From positions 390,001-422,000 of the forward strand of contig NZ_CP011035.1 of the NCBI RefSeq assembly GCF_001465295.1: a DNA stretch of 32,000 nt. The letters are read 5' to 3'. Position numbers and translations under genes: made by a program. The notes under the pieces are model-generated. The model did no database searches. It was given only the letters and a program-made list of their open reading frames with translations, and was not told where the DNA came from. The number at the start of each line of letters is the position of its first letter. Positions within the stretch are counted from its first letter, which is position 1. This document shows, in pieces, positions 27,052-32,000 of this stretch. Source of the DNA: Pseudoalteromonas translucida KMM 520 (GTDB lineage Bacteria; Pseudomonadota; Gammaproteobacteria; Enterobacterales; Alteromonadaceae).

Positions 27052-27516
27052 TTACAGCTGCGACTGTAGGTAGTTTTCTAAGCCGGTATTTTCAATCAGT
27101 AGCTGCTGTGTTTCTAACCAGTCAATCTGTTCTTCTTGCTCATTTAAAATATGATCAAGTGCTTCACGGCTGATATAGTCTTTTTTGCTTTCAGCTAATT
27201 TAACCGCAGCACGTAACTCATCAATTGTATCAAGTTCAAAGCTCATATTGGCTGCAATCATTTCTTCGCTGTTTTCACCAATACGTAAACGGCCTAGATC
27301 TTGTAAATTTGGCAGGCCTTCTAAAAATAAAACGCGCTCAATTAAACGATCCGCATTTTTCATTTTTTGAATAGATACTTTGTAGTCTGCTTTATCTAAT
27401 TTACTAAAGCCAAAATCTTTAAACATACGTGCGTGTAAAAAGTATTGGTTAATACCAACAAGCTCGTTAGCGAGTACTTTATTTAGCGCTGCAATAACGT
27501 CTTTATCGCCTTTCAT
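27052..27516 (-). CDS. bfr: Bacterioferritin subunit, heme-ligand type (M52 present; ferroxidase ligands replaced)
   Basis: 154 aa, gap-free alignment to E. coli Bfr. E18 and E94 are kept, but E51->K, H54->N, E127->Q and H130->Q. M52 is retained (SIQKMKNAD). AGGAG RBS. Confidence 0.9.
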   Translation of the reverse strand: MKGDKDVIAALNKVLANELVGINQYFLHARMFKDFGFSKLDKADYKVSIQKMKNADRLIERVLFLEGLPNLQDLGRLRIGENSEEMIAANMSFELDTIDELRAAVKLAESKKDYISREALDHILNEQEEQIDWLETQQLLIENTGLENYLQSQL

Positions 27517-27530
27517 ACTATATACTCCTA

Positions 27531-28001
27531 CTAAGCCATTTGTGCTTGATGATAATTTTGCGTTCCAATCTTATCAATTAAACCAAGTTGCTGTTCTAAC
27601 CAGTAAACATGATCTTCTTCGGTATCAAATAATAGTTTTTCTAAAATGGCACGAGATTGATAGTCTTGTTGTTCTTCACATATTGCGATTACGTCTTTTA
27701 CGCTAGCTACTACTTCAAGTTCAAGCGTTAAGTCGTTTTGCATCATGCTTTTAACATCGGTTCCAATTAATAAATCACGACGTTTAGTCATGTTAGGCAC
27801 ACCTTCTAAAAATAGAATGCGTTTTATTAACCAGTCACAATGATCTTTCTCTTCTTCCATTTCGTGGTTAAGGCGCTCATAAAGTTTAGCTAATCCCCAG
27901 TCATCGTACATGCGCGAGTGAATAAAATACTGATCAATTGCTGCTAATTCGTTGGCTAACAATGTATTAAATGCGTCGATTACTTTTTGATTACCTTTCA
28001 T
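27531..28001 (-). CDS. bfr: Bacterioferritin subunit, ferroxidase type (full di-iron ligand set; heme Met52 replaced by Lys)
   Basis: 156 aa. E18, E51, H54 and E94 are present, as is E..H (EEDH, shifted by +1). Position 52 is K (EEEKDH). Confidence 0.9.
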   Translation of the reverse strand: MKGNQKVIDAFNTLLANELAAIDQYFIHSRMYDDWGLAKLYERLNHEMEEEKDHCDWLIKRILFLEGVPNMTKRRDLLIGTDVKSMMQNDLTLELEVVASVKDVIAICEEQQDYQSRAILEKLLFDTEEDHVYWLEQQLGLIDKIGTQNYHQAQMA

Positions 28002-28222
28002 GATAAATCACCTTAACAAGTTCAATTGCGACCAGTGTAGTGCAAACTGCAGCTATTGCAAGTTTTCTCTATAAAAATCATTATGTTACTATTGGTTTTG
28101 ATTCTTATTTAAGTTTGCGTTATTACTTGGTTTGTAAGCAGTTTTTAATTTTTAAAATAGGTATTAGTGATATTACTAATTGCGCTAGATAGGGGTTAAC
28201 ACACATATTTTAATATAATTTT

Positions 28223-28247
28223 AAAGACATGCTTAGCATGCCTTTAA
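28223..28247 (-). terminator. Putative terminator hairpin downstream of the siderophore receptor
   Basis: The minus strand reads AAAGGCAUGC-uaa-GCAUGUCUUU, 10 bp including one G.U pair that forms only on the minus strand. The following tract is A/U-rich rather than a clean U-run. Confidence 0.45.
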
Positions 28248-28262
28248 AGTTACTTAAATCAG

Positions 28263-30398
28263 TTAAAATTGATATTTAGCCCCGAGAGTTGCCGTAGTGC
28301 CTAGCCCTTTAATGTTATAGCCACCATAAGTATATGATTGCGCACGAGCAGGGTAGTAGTCGCTGTTAAATAAATTTTCGATCCCAAAATAGCTGCTCCA
28401 TTGTGGAGTAATTTGATATTGACCACTCAAATTAACTATATCGTAACTACTTACAGGACCTTGATCGCCCACGTATTGGCCTTGTTCGTTTTTATCAAAG
28501 CGCTTTCTATCACCAACGTATAAATAGCTAAATGTAAGAGCTATGTCGTCGCTGGCCTGCCACGCTAAATTAGCAGTCGCTTTTGGTGGGCTAATTTGTT
28601 TAGCACCTAAGTATTCATCGGCTTGGGTATCTTTACCTTCAACATAGCTATATGTGGCAACTAATTTAAGTTGCGGGGTAATGGCATAATTTACTAAGCC
28701 TTCAAAGCCCCATATTTTTTGCGGCGCGCGAACTGGCTCATAAACGCCTGTTACATCGTTAAATTTATTACTGGTTCCTAGCTCAGACGTACTTTTATAT
28801 GCTGCTACCTCAAAACGCAGGTCATCAAATTGCGAGGTAAAACCTACTTCGTAGTTATCTATAATTGATGCTTGTGTTTGAATAAGCGCTATATCGTTTA
28901 CAGTAGCTGCGCGCAATAGTATGCCTATATCTGATATATCAGAGCCCTGCGAGTAACTAAAAAATGGGCTAAAGGCAGGGCTTAAATTGTATTTAATGCC
29001 AGCATTGTAAGTTGTTGCATCGTAATTTATGGTATCGCCGCGCACACTTAGTGGTACTGAACATTGCGTAGCGGTTCTGCATAGCTTTAATGTTTGGTAG
29101 TCGGCTACCGTTAAATCAATGCTTTCTTTTCTTACACCGGCTTTTAAAATAATATCGTCGTTAATTACCCACTTTGTTTGTAAAAAACCAGCAACACTGT
29201 CCATGTCCATTTCGGGAACCCATATACGACCATCCACTAAAGGCTGTGAGGTTTTATCGTTTAGGGCATCAATACCATATATTAAGGTAGTTGTTAGATT
29301 ATCAAAATCAAATTGGCTATTAAATGTAGCTCTTGCGCCTAGTTTATCTGACTTTATAACAGATTGACCACCGCTATAACCATCATCAAGATTGGCTAAA
29401 TTAGTTGAGAAGAAAAATACATTTTCTATATTTTGCTTGTACAGATCTAAGGTCATTTGGGTGTTATCGAATAAGGCGTAATCTAGGTATTTAAGAGTAA
29501 TATTTACATTGCCTTCGGGGCCTTGCGGTTTACCTTGTTTTTGCAGCTCTGTGGGTACGTGAATCGCATAGGTTTTTTCGCCTATGTTACCGTCGCCTGT
29601 TACATCCCCTAAGTCTGTTTTTTGCTGTGAGCTATAAAAGTTATAACTAAACTCTAGTTGCTTATCATCATCAAAATCGTAGCTTAGTTTAGTAAAGTAG
29701 TTTTGTGTTTCTGAGTCAGACAAACCATATTGCAAGCCTAAAATATCACCCTCTGAATCACGTTGTACACCGTTTTGCTCGTAACTGACGCTTATTAAAT
29801 AGCTAAACTTATCTAAGCCACCATTTACTGCTGCCGATATTCTTGCACCGGCACTTTCATCAAGCGTAACGGCGCTAAAGCGGCTAGAAACACTAATTTC
29901 GCCCTCAGGCTGGCCGTCACTTTGTGCTTGTTTTGTTATGTAGTTAATTATGCCGCCAGCAGCGCCATTACCATAAATAGAGGTTGCTCCTTTAATGACC
30001 TCTATGCGTGCAATAGCACTGGCATCTAGCGTTTTTATACCTAATGAACCGTTACGCAGTGGAGTTGACTGCGGCACGCCATCAATCATAACTAAAGGCG
30101 CGCGACCACGCAGTGTTTGCCCTGAGTTACTGGAGCTGCCGGTGCTAGGAGCCAATCCTGGTACCATTTGTGCGAGTAAGCTGCTTAGTTCTGGGTTTAC
30201 TTTTAAGTGTTGTTGAATTTGCTGCTGGTTTATAACAGTAATAGAAGCAGGAACTTCATCAATACTTTCAAATATACGGCTACCCGACACAATAACGTGC
30301 TCTAACTGATCAGCAGAATATTTGTTTTTATTATTTTCATCGGCAATTGCGCAAGCACTAACAGCGACGCTAAGTAAACAAAGCGAGGTTTTTAACAT
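28263..30398 (-). CDS. TonB-dependent siderophore receptor
   Basis: 711 aa. Has a signal peptide, plug motifs (HVIVSGSR..., IEVIKGATSIYGNGAAGGIINYITK) and a C-terminal ...TLGAKYQF. Confidence 0.93.
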   Translation of the reverse strand: MLKTSLCLLSVAVSACAIADENNKNKYSADQLEHVIVSGSRIFESIDEVPASITVINQQQIQQHLKVNPELSSLLAQMVPGLAPSTGSSSNSGQTLRGRAPLVMIDGVPQSTPLRNGSLGIKTLDASAIARIEVIKGATSIYGNGAAGGIINYITKQAQSDGQPEGEISVSSRFSAVTLDESAGARISAAVNGGLDKFSYLISVSYEQNGVQRDSEGDILGLQYGLSDSETQNYFTKLSYDFDDDKQLEFSYNFYSSQQKTDLGDVTGDGNIGEKTYAIHVPTELQKQGKPQGPEGNVNITLKYLDYALFDNTQMTLDLYKQNIENVFFFSTNLANLDDGYSGGQSVIKSDKLGARATFNSQFDFDNLTTTLIYGIDALNDKTSQPLVDGRIWVPEMDMDSVAGFLQTKWVINDDIILKAGVRKESIDLTVADYQTLKLCRTATQCSVPLSVRGDTINYDATTYNAGIKYNLSPAFSPFFSYSQGSDISDIGILLRAATVNDIALIQTQASIIDNYEVGFTSQFDDLRFEVAAYKSTSELGTSNKFNDVTGVYEPVRAPQKIWGFEGLVNYAITPQLKLVATYSYVEGKDTQADEYLGAKQISPPKATANLAWQASDDIALTFSYLYVGDRKRFDKNEQGQYVGDQGPVSSYDIVNLSGQYQITPQWSSYFGIENLFNSDYYPARAQSYTYGGYNIKGLGTTATLGAKYQF

Positions 30399-30424
30399 GA
30401 TAACTCTGATAAATAATTAATTTT

Positions 30425-30478
30425 AGTAATGATAACTATTAACAACAAAAGCCTCAAGTGTTAATGATAATTATTTTC
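30425..30478. promoter_or_regulatory. Two adjacent Fur boxes upstream of the siderophore receptor; the distal one overlaps the PepSY gene stop codon
   Basis: AGTAATGATAACTATTAAC (30425-30443) matches the consensus at 14 of 19 positions. GTTAATGATAATTATTTTC (30460-30478) matches at 16 of 19. Confidence 0.7.
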
Positions 30479-31550
30479 GATTGCGCCTTTTTAACCAAAA
30501 GTAAACACCCGTTACAATAAAAAAGCTCAGTGATAGGGTTATTAGCAGCCATAAAAACTGTACAACTGGCCCAGCAAAATTACCAATATGAAAGGCATAT
30601 TTAAAGTTCCATGCTTGTGTGGTGAAATTGGTGCTATTTGCATCGAACGAGTTGACTACTTTTGCAGTATAAGGATTGACCCATACCCAGCTATAGGCAT
30701 GGCTTTCTCCTGGGTTTTGTATTCTTAAAGCAATCGCGTCATCCGCTTTTTTAGGCAGATATACCCTATATAGCTCACCTTCTGAAAATATGGATTGTGC
30801 ATTGTTAATTGCTAAATTGTATTGTAACTCGGTATTTTTAGGCGCAGTTATTTGGGGGGGCGCAGGTCTGTTTGTTACTTTATTTAGTGTTACCAATTCT
30901 AAAACAGACTGCGTTTGCGTTTTCCAATTAAACGCCATGCCTGTAAAAGCAATCAGTATTAATGGCACAAAAAAGTAAACTCCCAACACAGTATGCAGCT
31001 GATATAGCAGTACTCTTAGTTTTGCTTTAGGTTTTATAGCTAAACGTTTTATCCTATTTTTAGGTTTTACCCATAAATAAAAGCCTATTAATACGTTTAT
31101 TAACAGCAGTAATGCACATACCGACATCCAATTTTTTAATGGTTTATTACCGTCACTGCTCTCAAATAATAACCAGCGATGCAAAGCAAGCGTAAAACCA
31201 TAAATTGTATCTGTACTTTGGTAAGTATAAATAACATTGCTGGTGTAGGGGTTAACGCTCGCATAGTGATTATTAGCTAATCTAAACTGCCATGCCATTG
31301 TAGGGTTTTGTTCAGGCATTAAAAAAATGGTTTTTTGTTGGGTTTGAGTTTGCACACTGTTTATTAAAGTGTCGTAATTTAGTGGTTTTTCTGCAGGTGT
31401 TACTAGCCATTTATCGGGCTGGATAAGGTGTTGTAGATCTTTTGCGTAAATTAACACCGCTCCGCTGAGGCTCATTATTAATAAAAACAACCCGCTAAGT
31501 AGGGCAAGTGCTAAATGAATTTTACGTAACCAAAGTTTCAAAAACGGCAT
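30471..31550 (-). CDS. PepSY-associated TM-helix protein (PiuB/FoxB-like; putative ferric-siderophore reductase partner)
   Basis: 359 aa with N- and C-terminal TM helices flanking periplasmic regions, and conserved H residues in the TM helices (LALHRWL, YQLHTVLG, AFHIGNF). It lies immediately upstream of a siderophore receptor. Confidence 0.85.
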   Translation of the reverse strand: MPFLKLWLRKIHLALALLSGLFLLIMSLSGAVLIYAKDLQHLIQPDKWLVTPAEKPLNYDTLINSVQTQTQQKTIFLMPEQNPTMAWQFRLANNHYASVNPYTSNVIYTYQSTDTIYGFTLALHRWLLFESSDGNKPLKNWMSVCALLLLINVLIGFYLWVKPKNRIKRLAIKPKAKLRVLLYQLHTVLGVYFFVPLILIAFTGMAFNWKTQTQSVLELVTLNKVTNRPAPPQITAPKNTELQYNLAINNAQSIFSEGELYRVYLPKKADDAIALRIQNPGESHAYSWVWVNPYTAKVVNSFDANSTNFTTQAWNFKYAFHIGNFAGPVVQFLWLLITLSLSFFIVTGVYFWLKRRNRK

Positions 31551-31577
31551 CTCAATTGTGAGCTAAGAACCCTAATT

Positions 31578-31596
31578 GTAAATGATAATGAGAGCA
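31578..31596. promoter_or_regulatory. Possible Fur box upstream of the PepSY gene
   Basis: GTAAATGATAATGAGAGCA matches at 11 of 19 positions, with tandem AATGAT/AATGAG hexamers. Confidence 0.4.
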
Positions 31597-31633
31597 GTTT
31601 TCAATTGAAAGTTTGCTTATAAAGCTATTTTTA

Positions 31634-32000
31634 TTATAAATTACTGTGCTTTTCTATTATGCAGTTTTCAATATTAAAATTATGCTGTAAAAAGTGTTTA
31701 ACGGCTGCTAAATCAAGCGATTTATGAGCGTTAATCAGCAGTTCGCAATGACAGGTTTTATCATCTAATTGCCATACTTTTATAGCTATTACCTGCTCTA
31801 TATTAAAGTTTTTGGTGAGCGCGTTTGTAACCGCTTGGGTATCAAAGTTATTAGGCGCAGCTTGCATTAAAATGCGGCAGCTTTGTTTAAGCAGTAACAC
31901 GCCATGATAAATAACATAAATAGAAATTAAAATTGTCGCAATTAAATCAACTATATACCACTGGTATAAAATAATTAAAGTACCTGCAACAATAACCACA
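31634..32000 (-). CDS. Cation diffusion facilitator family transporter, C-terminal part (5' end outside the window)
   Basis: The reading frame stays open to the window edge. It encodes the last TM helices plus a C-terminal cytoplasmic domain collinear with the CDF at 16691..17581 (...IYVIYHGVLLLKQSCRILMQ...). Confidence 0.8.
   Translation of the reverse strand, partial: VVIVAGTLIILYQWYIVDLIATILISIYVIYHGVLLLKQSCRILMQAAPNNFDTQAVTNALTKNFNIEQVIAIKVWQLDDKTCHCELLINAHKSLDLAAVKHFLQHNFNIENCIIEKHSNL

Noticed and set aside
28067-28110. Fur-box-like sequence (CTCTATAAAAATCATTATG, 12 of 19) upstream of the bfr genes, with a possible Fur-regulated sRNA in the 28002-28262 gap
   Set aside because: Only one half-site is good. 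Bacterioferritin is normally not Fur-repressed. No RyhB/PrrF-like core and no plus-strand terminator could be found, because the only hairpin there favours the minus strand.
1749-30978. Short antisense or shadow ORFs from the track: 1749-1937, 5775-5975, 7369-7551, 8782-9030, 8937-9164, 9272-9544, 12512-12706, 13758-13958, 14993-15190, 16204-16386, 17209-17469, 18265-18480, 18904-19239, 19726-20037, 20471-20755, 21315-21521, 22867-23109, 25029-25283, 27185-27370, 29119-29367, 29995-30216, 30790-30978
   Set aside because: Most lie inside, or mostly inside, well-supported genes on the opposite strand; a few (8937-9164, 14993-15190, 21315-21521) extend well into intergenic DNA. Their composition is low-complexity or Cys/Ser/Leu-rich, they lack an RBS, and I recognise no motifs in them.
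1-32000. Search for tRNA, rRNA or tmRNA genes, CRISPR repeats, IS elements, integrases, attC sites, toxin-antitoxin pairs and known defence genes
   Set aside because: Reading both strands by eye, I found no T-loop (GTTCGAATC-type) motifs, no regularly spaced direct repeats, no transposase or integrase ORFs and no nuclease/ATPase defence signatures. Their absence is not proven without computational scans.

Overview
This is AT-rich (roughly 40% GC) chromosomal DNA that looks like a marine gammaproteobacterium of the Alteromonadales/Pseudoalteromonas type. That taxonomic guess is inference from gene content and protein motifs only. All calls come from reading the ORF translations and DNA motifs, because no database search was possible.

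The window is mostly ordinary core or accessory-metabolic genes. I found no tRNA or rRNA gene, no CRISPR array, no IS or transposase, no integrase and no recognisable phage-defence cassette.

Gene content from left to right:
- 1-969: a truncated TonB-dependent receptor, missing from the ORF track because it runs off the window.
- 970-1648: a 680-bp non-coding gap containing a long imperfect inverted repeat.
- 1649-6561: rhtA-like exporter, then an AraC regulator and a Gfo/Idh/MocA oxidoreductase, divergent from a GMC oxidoreductase.
- 6582-8241: a three-gene minus-strand unit (DUF3429-like protein, small membrane protein, BMT5/DUF2431-like methyltransferase ending in a eukaryote-style C2H2 zinc finger).
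- 8498-10790: ahpC-ahpF.
- 10975-14908: a small DUF3185-like protein, a 73-aa orphan, uppP, a patatin-like lipase, and an NfeD/SPFH pair.
- 15033-21116: a GAF-GGDEF cyclase, a CDF transporter, a large hybrid histidine kinase, and an isochorismatase-family hydrolase.
- 21331-23302: an MCP whose sensor is a His-rich multi-TM module, overlapping a membrane-anchored thioredoxin-fold protein with a CGC motif.
- 23.3-32 kb: a metal-homeostasis stretch. It holds a Fur-box TonB-dependent siderophore receptor, a UPF0016 Mn-exporter-like gene behind a probable yybP-ykoY riboswitch, bfd, two complementary bacterioferritin subunits, a second siderophore receptor, a PepSY-TM protein and a truncated second CDF.

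The best candidates for something not yet described are the MCP/thioredoxin-fold pair and the zinc-finger methyltransferase unit. Both are hypotheses that need homology searches.
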